Below the pieces are notes generated by a model. It made no database searches. It had not been told where the DNA came from and was given only the letters and a program-made list of their open reading frames with translations. A stretch of DNA of 64,000 nucleotides, taken from IMG/VR virus record IMGVR_UViG_3300025778_000010, positions 32,001 to 96,000 of that record; one strand, given 5' to 3'. Of this stretch, positions 19,402 through 27,665 are shown one piece after another. Positions within the stretch are counted from its first letter, which is position 1; every line of letters begins with the position of its first letter. This DNA comes from a virus. A program made the translations under genes and the position numbers.

Positions 19402-20406
19402 TTAATTGAAATATTGCTTTTCAATTTCTTGAAGCCTTTTAATAGCTGGCTTAGAAACTTTTTCCCAGTTGTAATCTTTATGAATTAAAAATGCATTTTT
19501 ATAAGTTTGTTCTGCATATTTTTCATAATTTTTTACAACATCTTTCATGTAAAATTTTAAATCATCATATTTTGGTTTTAACATAGAGCCAGGGTGAGTT
19601 TGTTGCCAAGGAGATGGGTGCCAATCTGAATCTAATGGCATAATGATAAATCTTTTATATGTTGCCCAGCCTTCGGTGCAGATAGTTGGCATTCCTGAAG
19701 CCATTGATTGTAAAGGGTTAAAACCAAAACCTTCTCCCCAAGATGGATAAACAAATACATCACATAAATCGTATAGACCTTTCATTTGTTCTACCGATAA
19801 AAATGATTCAATAATTTTAATATTTTTATAAAATGCATTTGGTGAACCAATTACTGCTTTTGTAACTGGGTCAAAAATTTTTGTTGTATTTAAATTGCTG
19901 CATTTTAAAACAAGCTCGTAATTTGGATCATCGCCATATAGTTCAATAAAAGCGTTGACTACTGATTGAGCATCTTTTCGAACTGCTGGCTCACCAATAT
20001 GTAAAAATCTAAAAGGGCGGGAAGGATCTAAAACTCTTTTCTTAGGAATCCATTCATCTTCAATACCATGCTCATATACAAATACAGGAGTTGTAGTTTT
20101 AGATCTATATATTTGAGCTACCCATTCAGATGTTGCCCAAATTTCATTACACACTTTATTAAAAATATGATCCCAGCCAACATAAAGATCTGTTGATTCC
20201 CATGGGGTGTATCCGATTTTAAATTGATTTAATCCAAATTTATAATCTTGTGGTTGAGAAAATGCTATACCAATATTTGGTTTTGCAGAATTAATTAAAC
20301 ATTCAATTCCATTTTTAGTAAATTCATTATATACGTGAAATGATGCTTCACCATAGCCTACATTGCGATCCATATACTCTGGAGCACCAGTAAAAGATAC
20401 TTTCAT
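19402..20406 (-). CDS. GT-B (GT4-like) glycosyltransferase
   Basis: FVYPSWGEGFGFNPLQSMASGMP motif; start at MKVSF. Confidence 0.85.
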   Translation of the reverse strand: MKVSFTGAPEYMDRNVGYGEASFHVYNEFTKNGIECLINSAKPNIGIAFSQPQDYKFGLNQFKIGYTPWESTDLYVGWDHIFNKVCNEIWATSEWVAQIYRSKTTTPVFVYEHGIEDEWIPKKRVLDPSRPFRFLHIGEPAVRKDAQSVVNAFIELYGDDPNYELVLKCSNLNTTKIFDPVTKAVIGSPNAFYKNIKIIESFLSVEQMKGLYDLCDVFVYPSWGEGFGFNPLQSMASGMPTICTEGWATYKRFIIMPLDSDWHPSPWQQTHPGSMLKPKYDDLKFYMKDVVKNYEKYAEQTYKNAFLIHKDYNWEKVSKPAIKRLQEIEKQYFN

Positions 20407-20481
20407 TGATTTCCTGACTTGTTTTTCCCAGTATATCATGATACGATAGATTTTACTACTCTTTCCTCAAGGAGGTTCAAA

Positions 20482-21165
20482 ATGAACAATGAGAACAAAA
20501 CAAGGATAAGAACAGCATGGGTAATGATTGGTGTGAGTATTATCACAATGATTTTTGGCATCAATCCCGCACATGCAGCACAAATGCAAGAAGCAATAGT
20601 GTATAATAAAAATATATTATATATTAATAAATATACTAATTTAGTTAATATTAAAAATATTATTAATATAGATATATTAAATAATAATAAAGAAAAAAAC
20701 AGTAACACAGATTATTTAATTAATGATCTGTCTTCTGGAAAAACTTTTTTAATGCCCGCTTATAGCATCAAGCTAAATTTAAATCAAAGAGTAGATCAGC
20801 GAGTAATAATTTCAAGACTAGCAAATGCAATCAAGTCAGTGGAAACTGGCGGGGTTAACGCATATTATCGCAAGTCTTATTCCAGTAGTGCATGTGGTGC
20901 CTATCAGTACATGCAAGATACGTGGAACAACTTTATGGGATATAAGAGTGCATGCGATGCACCAGAATGGGTACAGGATCAACGTATGATTGCCGAACTA
21001 AAATCGTCATATAAAACTTACGGTTCTTGGCCCGCTGCCGTCGCAGCCCATCTTTGCCCATCAAGGGCGGGCAATGTAAAGACTTGGTTCAAACCAGTAC
21101 CAGGCAATCCTACTGTCTTCCAATACGTCTCAAGTATTTTTCAACAGGCAAATATCGCATTCTGA
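20482..21165 (+). CDS. secreted lytic-transglycosylase-like protein
   Basis: AGGAGG RBS; signal peptide (AHA); IKSVETGG...GAYQYMQDTW...QD lysozyme-like motif. Confidence 0.75.
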   Translation: MNNENKTRIRTAWVMIGVSIITMIFGINPAHAAQMQEAIVYNKNILYINKYTNLVNIKNIINIDILNNNKEKNSNTDYLINDLSSGKTFLMPAYSIKLNLNQRVDQRVIISRLANAIKSVETGGVNAYYRKSYSSSACGAYQYMQDTWNNFMGYKSACDAPEWVQDQRMIAELKSSYKTYGSWPAAVAAHLCPSRAGNVKTWFKPVPGNPTVFQYVSSIFQQANIAF

Positions 21166-21401
21166 TGAAGATACAAGTCTTTTCTCAGTATTACAATTTG
21201 GCTAGGGCAGGCAAAGTTAAACCTTTGTACTGCCCTAATCATCAAAGTGAGTATGCTCACAACGATGGGTACCTTTATTGGCTAGTTCACAAAATGGTAA
21301 GTGAAGATATCGTGTTATACTGTACAGCATGTGGGTATGAACAAAAAGCAGGCCTACAACTTTACGAAAACATTTTAAAGGAGATAGTCAATGTCACATG
21401 A
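21165..21401 (+). CDS. zinc-ribbon hypothetical protein
   Basis: CPNH and CTAC; start MKIQV by TGATG overlap. Confidence 0.7.
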   Translation: MKIQVFSQYYNLARAGKVKPLYCPNHQSEYAHNDGYLYWLVHKMVSEDIVLYCTACGYEQKAGLQLYENILKEIVNVT

Positions 21402-21870
21402 ACCAGTTGTTGGAGATTACTTTGTAGTACATACTACAGGTTGGGCAGCAAAGTTAATTCAATTAGGTACATGGTCTAAATGGAATCATGCTGGAATCTA
21501 TATTGGCGATGGCAAAATTATTGAGGCCCGTCCGACGGGAGTTTCAATTCAAAATCTTTCAAAGTATGATGGCAAGCCACTTATGTGGAGCGATGAACCA
21601 TCTTTAACAGAAGATCAAAGACATAATATTGTAGAATTTGCAAAACATTTTGAACATTTTAAATATGGCGTTTGGTCAATTATTGCTCTTGGCTTTAAGT
21701 GCCTTGGAATTAGCTTATTTCCTGCTGTAAAGAGAGCTGAAGCTGAGAATAGCGTTATCTGCTCACAACTAGTAGCCTGGACCTATTCGCACGTAGGAAT
21801 TAAGCTTTCAGTTAAACAACATGCTTTAGTAACACCTAAAGATTTGGCCGAACGATTGAGCCGAAAGTAG
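21391..21870 (+). CDS. permuted papain-like NlpC/P60 amidase (YiiX/YebB-like)
   Basis: GD...WNHAGIYIGDGKIIEA...ICSQLVAWTY. Confidence 0.8.
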   Translation: MSHEPVVGDYFVVHTTGWAAKLIQLGTWSKWNHAGIYIGDGKIIEARPTGVSIQNLSKYDGKPLMWSDEPSLTEDQRHNIVEFAKHFEHFKYGVWSIIALGFKCLGISLFPAVKRAEAENSVICSQLVAWTYSHVGIKLSVKQHALVTPKDLAERLSRK

Positions 21871-21876
21871 GATCTC

Positions 21877-22389
21877 ATGGATTTTCTACCTATAGTTGAA
21901 GGTAGGTCCTGCGGGGACTGTACAAAATGCTGTGAAGGGCATTTGAGGGCTGATATCAACCTAAAAGATGGAACCCCTACAGTCTGGATGGGTATAGATG
22001 AGGTTGGTCGTAAACCTTGTGCATTTGTAAAAGTTGGAGAAGGATGCACAGTATATGAAAAGCGTCCTGATAGCCCTTGTGCAATATTTAGATGCGACTG
22101 GTTAACAAATCCCGATATGCCTGAATCATTTAAACCGTCAAGAAGTAATTCTATATTTACTACTCGGTCAGTACGTGGAGTTCAATACACAAAATTGATT
22201 GAGGCGGGACGGAAACTGGATTCAGAAGTACTATCTTGGGCATTTGAGTATTATATGGGCAATGCACTCAATTTTTCTTGGAATGTGCTCGAAAATATTT
22301 TTTGGCTCGGATCAGAAGAATTTAATAATATGATGGAAGAAGATTATCCTTTGCTGGCTAATCCTGGACATGGCAAAGATTCGCATTGA
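21877..22389 (+). CDS. YkgJ-like CxxCxxCC cysteine-cluster protein
   Basis: CGDCTKCC...C...CTVYEKRP...C. Confidence 0.75.
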   Translation: MDFLPIVEGRSCGDCTKCCEGHLRADINLKDGTPTVWMGIDEVGRKPCAFVKVGEGCTVYEKRPDSPCAIFRCDWLTNPDMPESFKPSRSNSIFTTRSVRGVQYTKLIEAGRKLDSEVLSWAFEYYMGNALNFSWNVLENIFWLGSEEFNNMMEEDYPLLANPGHGKDSH

Positions 22390-22615
22390 AAGAGCTTATA
22401 TCGAGCCTCATGACAAGTATGAAGATAATTTTGCCATTACTTTAGAGATAAAAGATGGAAAAGATTTAATTTTGGTGGGGAAGATAGATTTGGATAATCC
22501 CAAGCCTTGGCTATATACTATGAATAACGAAGATAATGATCTAGTGATCAATAATTCGGCGGGAATGGAAGCCAACAAATGGGATTATATAACCAAGGAG
22601 ATATTAGGTGGGTAA
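22370..22615 (+). CDS. hypothetical protein
   Basis: ORF overlapping both neighbours. Confidence 0.6.
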   Translation: MAKIRIERAYIEPHDKYEDNFAITLEIKDGKDLILVGKIDLDNPKPWLYTMNNEDNDLVINNSAGMEANKWDYITKEILGG

Positions 22616-22841
22616 TTTGGGGGAAGAGATTATAAACCAGGAAGCCTTTGATATATTAGTTAATATGAGAGAGCTATTAGGGGCTATATTTATTCAAAGC
22701 CAGAGGAATTATGATATGTTGTCCATTATTGCTGATAAGCTAGGTGCTGATGCTACTGCTTTGACTAAATTGCACGAATCTGGACAGATTCTAGCTCCCG
22801 CCCCATCTTTTGTATTTGAAGAAGATGAAGAAAATGCCTAA
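22608..22841 (+). CDS. hypothetical protein
   Basis: AAGGAG RBS, GTG start. Confidence 0.6.
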   Translation: MGNLGEEIINQEAFDILVNMRELLGAIFIQSQRNYDMLSIIADKLGADATALTKLHESGQILAPAPSFVFEEDEENA

Positions 22842-22997
22842 AAGATATTTTTTAAAACACGCTAAGCAGATACACTATCGTGATCTGCCTCGTTTTCAGA
22901 AGATCTCATCTTTTGAACGCATGATAAACAAAATCGCAAAGTTTTTCCATCTTTAATACTTAAAAATCTAGCTTTAAAATAACCACATCTGTTACAA

Positions 22998-23666
22998 TTA
23001 TTTGTTTCTTGAGATAAAGTCATTTAAGATAGCCTCCGTTGCTGTTAATCCAAATCTTGTAGCTCCTGCATCATATAATTCTAGTAAATAATCTAAACTT
23101 CTGATCTTCCCCGCAGCTTTTACCTCTACTTTTTCAGATACCGACTCTTTCATGAGCTTAATATGCTCAACTTTAGCACCTTCAGGAGCATATCCTGTTG
23201 AAGTTTTCACAAAATTAGCTCCAGCTTGCTCAGATAACCAGCATCCTTGCTCAATTTCTTCATCTGTAAGGTATGCAGTCTCTAAAATTACCTTTAAAGG
23301 TCTCATTTCTACTGCTTGCTTTACAGTTTCAATGTCTTTTACCACCACATCATACTGTTTTGACTTCAATGCAGCGATATTTAAGACCATATCAAACTCA
23401 TCTGCTCCATGCATTACCGCAATTTTAGCTTCTAACATCTTTACTTCATGAGTATTATAGCCAAAAGGAAATCCAATGACTGTTCCAATTTGTAAACTAC
23501 TCGATTGACTGAGATTTTTTGCAAATTGTACATGTGTTGGTCTTACCATTGCTAATTTTACACCATATCTTAAGGCCAAATTAATGCCTTCTGCAATTTC
23601 ATACTCAGTTAAAGTAGGTTGTAGCAATGAATGGTCAATCATATTTGCTAATTGTGTGTAATTCAA
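22998..23666 (-). CDS. deoC: deoxyribose-phosphate aldolase
   Basis: IDHSLL, VIGFPFG, GADEFDMV, LKVILET, FVKTSTG, VKAAG. Confidence 0.93.
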   Translation of the reverse strand: MNYTQLANMIDHSLLQPTLTEYEIAEGINLALRYGVKLAMVRPTHVQFAKNLSQSSSLQIGTVIGFPFGYNTHEVKMLEAKIAVMHGADEFDMVLNIAALKSKQYDVVVKDIETVKQAVEMRPLKVILETAYLTDEEIEQGCWLSEQAGANFVKTSTGYAPEGAKVEHIKLMKESVSEKVEVKAAGKIRSLDYLLELYDAGATRFGLTATEAILNDFISRNK

Positions 23667-24218
23667 TTAATATCTTTCTAATGTAGTAGGATTTAAGTTC
23701 TTAATTTGGTCATTTGACCAACCAGTATAAATCATACCAGCTCGGGGAGCTTCTAATGTAATAACTCCATGTTTCCATCCTTCAGGAATATAGATTACAT
23801 CTCCTGGTTCCATAATATACTTAACTTCCTTGCCATTTTCTATAACTGTCCATAATGCTTTTCCTATGCAATTCCAGTGAATTTGCTTACCAGGATCAAC
23901 ATGCATAAAAAGTCCCGACCCATGCTCTGTTGTTTGAGAATAGATCATTACTGGTTCGTTCCAAAGATAGAGTCCAAAAGCTTTGAGCATTGCATCCTCA
24001 AATTCTTTAAACCCATTAAAGGCATAAAGCATAGGAAGCTTTTCTCCAGTGTAGTAAATTGTCAAAAATTCATTTTCTTTTCTAAGCTTACTTTTTGGTA
24101 CCATCTGACTGCTTTTTACAAAAGTTTCAAAATTAGGCACAACAGGAAAAGCGTTCTTAAAATGAACAACTTTGTCGTCTTCTAATCTTGCTTGTTTCAT
24201 TCTTTCTATAAAACTCAT
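23667..24218 (-). CDS. cupin/JmjC-like oxygenase
   Basis: HVD...PGDVIYIPEGWKHGV facial-triad pattern. Confidence 0.75.
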   Translation of the reverse strand: MSFIERMKQARLEDDKVVHFKNAFPVVPNFETFVKSSQMVPKSKLRKENEFLTIYYTGEKLPMLYAFNGFKEFEDAMLKAFGLYLWNEPVMIYSQTTEHGSGLFMHVDPGKQIHWNCIGKALWTVIENGKEVKYIMEPGDVIYIPEGWKHGVITLEAPRAGMIYTGWSNDQIKNLNPTTLERY

Positions 24219-24397
24219 ATGCTATATTGTAGCACATTTCCACCAATTTTTTACAATGTAACGTGTATCACACTAAATTAGATTTGATCAAAATGTTAAT
24301 GGATTTTTAAAATGCATGATTCACTTTTAAAAACAAAAAATCAAATTTGAATAGTGCGCCCGAAATGTCCAAATTGCCCTGGTATGTACCCTAAAGA

Positions 24398-24413
24398 TGT
24401 GGTCTATCTCACA
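24398..24413. promoter_or_regulatory. CRP/GlxR-type palindrome
   Basis: TGTGG-TCTATC-TCACA. Confidence 0.55.
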
Positions 24414-24454
24414 AAGTTTTTTTAAAAGATGTCCGATTTGTACGCATTTTGGAG

Positions 24455-24483
24455 TTGAAAATGTCAGTGGTGTGTGTTATAGT
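24455..24483 (+). promoter_or_regulatory. SigA promoter with PafBC-type element
   Basis: TTGAAA-17-TATAGT containing TGTCAG-N10-TATAGT. Confidence 0.8.
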
Positions 24484-24539
24484 TACACTATAAGAAATTA
24501 ACAAAGGTTGTTAGTTTAACTTAAAGAAAGGAAGTCAAA

Positions 24540-24764
24540 ATGACTTCACTAAATAACTACTATAATGAAATCCGTATGGATATTGCTAAAGATTTTGGTC
24601 TAGAGGCAGGTGGCTATGCTCCCCGCCCTAAGTTAATGCCTATCACTATCGCTCAGCGTATTAACGCTAAGTATCCTAGTGTAGATAATGGCTCTCGTTG
24701 GGGTCAGCCTAATCCAAAGGCTATCCTAATCGCTAAGCGTTATCACGCTCTGTTTGTGGCGTAA
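24540..24764 (+). CDS. hypothetical early protein
   Basis: AAAGGAAG RBS, first gene after promoter. Confidence 0.7.
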   Translation: MTSLNNYYNEIRMDIAKDFGLEAGGYAPRPKLMPITIAQRINAKYPSVDNGSRWGQPNPKAILIAKRYHALFVA

Positions 24765-24820
24765 GTCACAATCACGGCACGGCGTGTCGAGTTGATTTTG
24801 TCAGCCCTATCTGATAGACT
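24755..24820 (+). promoter_or_regulatory. composite promoter: CRP-type box, GACAC box, -35, PafBC-type element, extended -10
   Basis: TGTGG-N6-TCACA; CGGCGTGTCG; TTGATT-17-TAGACT with TGTCAG-N10-TAGACT. Confidence 0.8.
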
Positions 24821-24850
24821 TCCAGTCATACAAATTAAATAAAGAAAAAT

Positions 24851-24924
24851 CCTAGTTGAGCCTCTGAGCCTTAGCAAATAATCCGAAAGGTGAGCCTAAG
24901 CAAATAAGAGCAAATAACACTAGG
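24851..24924 (+). ncRNA. structured leader RNA with three identical internal loops
   Basis: Nested stems CCUAGU/ACUAGG, CUC/GAG, CUUAG/CUAAG and CC-GAAA-GG separated by UGAGC/CAAAUAA loops. Confidence 0.7.
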
Positions 24925-24975
24925 CAAGGAAAGATAGATAAAAGGTTTATCTATAAAAAAAGAAAGGTGACTAAT

Positions 24976-25122
24976 ATGTCATACTCATTCGATAATAATA
25001 ATAAAGACCGTTGGTCAGAACTAGCAGACAATTATCAATCAATGCTAGATGAACTAGCAGAATCAGAATCAGAATCTGTATTTATCCCCGTACCTGCGTT
25101 TGATGTAGACGAGGTGCTCTAA
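24976..25122 (+). CDS. small acidic early protein (48 aa)
   Basis: Read manually: MSYSFDNNNKDRWSELADNYQSMLDELAESESES...; GAAAGGTG RBS. Confidence 0.65.
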   Translation: MSYSFDNNNKDRWSELADNYQSMLDELAESESESVFIPVPAFDVDEVL

Positions 25123-25215
25123 TGACTATAAATAGTTTAACTCTCATTTCACTATTGCTAGTGTCGTACCTATCTGCTAAACTACTAACCGATAAAGAAT
25201 GGGGAAAGAATAAAA

Positions 25216-25422
25216 ATGAAAACTAAGATTATCGTACTAGGATTAGCACTCGCTCTAATTCCCGCCGTTGCTAACGCTCGTGGCACAAGCCATCATTCTT
25301 ATAGCCTGTCTAGTGTAGGTCGCTACACTTATCACTATCACAAGCCTAGCCATATCTATTGCCCATATCAAGGCTGTAAAAAATCGTTCTCTAGTTTCAC
25401 TAGCACTAGTGGCGGAAACTAA
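25216..25422 (+). CDS. small secreted His-rich protein
   Basis: Signal peptide (ANA-R), His/Tyr-rich, one Cys pair. Confidence 0.55.
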   Translation: MKTKIIVLGLALALIPAVANARGTSHHSYSLSSVGRYTYHYHKPSHIYCPYQGCKKSFSSFTSTSGGN

Positions 25423-25444
25423 TGTCAGTGGTCTATGGTAGACT
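25423..25444 (+). promoter_or_regulatory. PafBC-type promoter without canonical -35
   Basis: TGTCAG-N10-TAGACT. Confidence 0.7.
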
Positions 25445-25479
25445 ACTATTAACAACAACAAGAAAAGGAAAATAAATAA

Positions 25480-25644
25480 ATGACAATCGAAAATCGTACT
25501 TACCAAATCGGTGACCTATTCACCACACAACGCTCAAAGGTAACAGGAACAATTAAGGAAATTGTAAATGTAAAGCCTAACCAATCTCGTGTGAAGTTGG
25601 AAGTTGACGGCAAAGACCGCTGGACAACTGTCACAATCAAGTAA
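25480..25644 (+). CDS. small beta-barrel-like protein, paralog 1
   Basis: MTIENRTYQIGDLFTTQRSKVTG...; AAAGGA RBS. Confidence 0.75.
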   Translation: MTIENRTYQIGDLFTTQRSKVTGTIKEIVNVKPNQSRVKLEVDGKDRWTTVTIK

Positions 25645-25663
25645 AGTTTAGCAAATCGCTAAA

Positions 25664-25691
25664 CGACCTGAGCAAGTCGGAAAAAGGCTCA
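25664..25691 (+). ncRNA. H-type pseudoknot motif, copy 1
   Basis: CGAC-CUGAGCAA-GUCG...GCUCA; same architecture at 48342-48375. Confidence 0.5.
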
Positions 25692-25723
25692 ACTAATACC
25701 CAACAAAGAAAAGGAAAAAAAGA

Positions 25724-25894
25724 ATGACACTACACGGATACACTTATCAAATCGGAGATTTATTCACCACATCAAAGACAGGCGTAACTGGACGAATTAA
25801 CTCGTTCTCTCCTGTATCAAATAAAGTAACTCGTGTTGGTCTAACTTTAGCAAATGGCTCAAAGCGTATTGCTATGGTAAAGACAACGAAGTAA
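25724..25894 (+). CDS. small beta-barrel-like protein, paralog 2
   Basis: MTLHGYTYQIGDLFTTSKTGVTG...; AAAGGA RBS. Confidence 0.75.
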   Translation: MTLHGYTYQIGDLFTTSKTGVTGRINSFSPVSNKVTRVGLTLANGSKRIAMVKTTK

Positions 25895-25975
25895 AAATAA
25901 AATAAGTTTAGGCGGGACTGCACACTAATAACGACACTCCCGCCTAATTCACAAAACACGAAAGGAAAACTAATT

Positions 25976-26158
25976 ATGTCAATGTCACGCAAGGACTATG
26001 TTTCAACCGCTGAAATTATTAATTCTTATGCTTCAGAAATTAAACTCGAAGTGCTAGAAGATCTAGTAAATGATTTCATCGAAATGTTCGCATCAGATAA
26101 CGAGCGATTCAATAGCGATAGATTTTGGGACGAGTGTTTTAAAAACACAAATCACTAA
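25976..26158 (+). CDS. hypothetical early protein
   Basis: GAAAGGA RBS; MSRKDY...DNERFNSDRF. Confidence 0.75.
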   Translation: MSMSRKDYVSTAEIINSYASEIKLEVLEDLVNDFIEMFASDNERFNSDRFWDECFKNTNH

Positions 26159-26172
26159 ATAAAAATAAAAGC

Positions 26173-26205
26173 TTAGGCGTAGCAAAATTGCTACGCCTAA
26201 TTTTA
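26173..26205 (+). terminator. intrinsic terminator
   Basis: TTAGGCGTAGCAA-AA-TTGCTACGCCTAA followed by TTTT. Confidence 0.75.
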
Positions 26206-26314
26206 TTAAAAAATAAAAAAAAATAACGGCGTGTCGGCTTGACAAAGCCGAGCCGAGGGGCTGGCCCAAAAAATCGGACATTTACGGCATTTAAGACATT
26301 CGATATACACAGAT

Positions 26315-26335
26315 TTATCCACAAGCTGTGGATTA
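26315..26335. promoter_or_regulatory. inverted pair of DnaA-box-like sites
   Basis: TTATCCACA (perfect) and TGTGGATTA (1 mismatch). Confidence 0.5.
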
Positions 26336-26364
26336 TTGTTCATCTTAAATTAACCTAAAACTTA

Positions 26365-26404
26365 CGGCGTGTCGCTTGATTTTTTCGATTTTATCTGATA
26401 AACT
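26365..26404 (+). promoter_or_regulatory. GACAC-box promoter, diverged copy of the 24780 promoter
   Basis: CGGCGTGTCG; TTGATT-17-TAAACT. Confidence 0.7.
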
Positions 26405-26437
26405 TCCAGTTATAAAATTAAATAAAGATATAAAAAA

Positions 26438-26453
26438 TGTGATGTACTTCACA
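26438..26453. promoter_or_regulatory. perfect CRP/GlxR-type palindrome
   Basis: AAA-TGTGA-TGTACT-TCACA. Confidence 0.65.
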
Positions 26454-26562
26454 AAGTACACGCTCCAAATATTGAGACTACTCCCCAGTATACTCGATAG
26501 TAGCGAAAAAGTATGTTAAACTAGCGATAGTTAAACAGTTAAAAAAGAAAGGTGGTCATAAA

Positions 26563-26862
26563 ATGGCTACACTAGAAGTAAAAGTAAATGATAGTTTTGT
26601 TCCGCTTGAGTATGCTCCAAGCGATGTAAAGATTTCTCTTGAGTGGGCGTTAATGAATAATGCTCCAATGGTAGTAAAATCCACTACCCCCGCCGTTGTT
26701 CGTGTTTGCAAAGTTTGCGAATATGCACACGAAGGTTTGTATTGCACAAATTGTTTCACGGGTGAGCGTGTAAATTGCTCCCCTGCTGGCAAGTTTAATA
26801 AATGGTCAAAAGTGATGCGAATCACACCAACTACTTGCAACAAATCTCGGCGTGTCGCCTAG
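26563..26862 (+). CDS. Cys-rich hypothetical early protein
   Basis: GAAAGGTGG RBS; CKVC and CTNC. Confidence 0.65.
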   Translation: MATLEVKVNDSFVPLEYAPSDVKISLEWALMNNAPMVVKSTTPAVVRVCKVCEYAHEGLYCTNCFTGERVNCSPAGKFNKWSKVMRITPTTCNKSRRVA

Positions 26863-26888
26863 ATAATGTCAGTATAATCTGATATAAT
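26848..26888 (+). promoter_or_regulatory. GACAC-box plus PafBC-type promoter
   Basis: CGGCGTGTCG; TAGATA-17-TATAAT; TGTCAG-N10-TATAAT. Confidence 0.8.
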
Positions 26889-26922
26889 TCCAACTATCAA
26901 CAAAAAGAAAGGTGGCAACTTA

Positions 26923-27147
26923 ATGCTAATCTCAGAAGCCTTAGAAGGCAAATATGTAAAGTCCTCAAAAGGACAAGGCATAATCCAATATGCAGATTTC
27001 CGAAAGGATATGCACCACTCTACCCCTGAGGGTTATCTTGCTTATGCTTGCAAGGTTCGCCCTACTTATAACCCTGAAGTGCATAAGTTTATTCCAGAAG
27101 ATTTCTGGACAACAATTTATGTCGGATTGGATAGTGAATTACTATGA
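26923..27147 (+). CDS. hypothetical early protein
   Basis: GAAAGGTGG RBS. Confidence 0.7.
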   Translation: MLISEALEGKYVKSSKGQGIIQYADFRKDMHHSTPEGYLAYACKVRPTYNPEVHKFIPEDFWTTIYVGLDSELL

Positions 27148-27350
27148 CAATTAAAATTGGTGGGCTAGGGCAGACAATTTCTGCCTATTGCCCAGTATGC
27201 TCTCAAAAGATGACCCATATGTGTATCGCTACACTTGGAACGGGTAAAACAATTCGCTATGAGTGGCAATGCCAGCCTTGCGAATTATCTCTAAAGTCTG
27301 ACTCAACAGGCTATGCTCATCTACTCACAGAAATGGCTTACTATGTCTGA
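27144..27350 (+). CDS. zinc-ribbon hypothetical protein
   Basis: CPVC and CQPC; ATGA overlap. Confidence 0.65.
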   Translation: MTIKIGGLGQTISAYCPVCSQKMTHMCIATLGTGKTIRYEWQCQPCELSLKSDSTGYAHLLTEMAYYV

Positions 27351-27459
27351 TAAAATTTTCATATGTGATGAATGTGATACCCTTGCCACAATGTCAGTGC
27401 AAGGTGATACAATAACTATAAATAAATGTAAGTGCTTAACTTTAGAATGGAGCAACTAA
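27343..27459 (+). CDS. 38-aa Cys-rich protein with an embedded PafBC-type promoter
   Basis: MSDKIFICDECDTLATMSVQGDTITINKCKC...; TGTCAG-N10-TACAAT at 27392-27413. Confidence 0.5.
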   Translation: MSDKIFICDECDTLATMSVQGDTITINKCKCLTLEWSN

Positions 27460-27665
27460 TGTACAAAATTACAACAACCTATGACGGAAATCCCGTCCCA
27501 CACTCTATTCACTCTTATGCTGATGCACTTGATGCGTTTGACTCGTTTGGTCGTTGCACCGATTGGGGATTTGCAGATGAATATGCAACCTACAATTTAA
27601 CTTTACCTGATGGAAAAATGTACACAAAGATTTTTTATCGTAGCGGAAAAGTTGGTGGAAAGTAA
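27459..27665 (+). CDS. hypothetical early protein
   Basis: GGAG RBS, start MYKITT. Confidence 0.7.
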   Translation: MYKITTTYDGNPVPHSIHSYADALDAFDSFGRCTDWGFADEYATYNLTLPDGKMYTKIFYRSGKVGGK

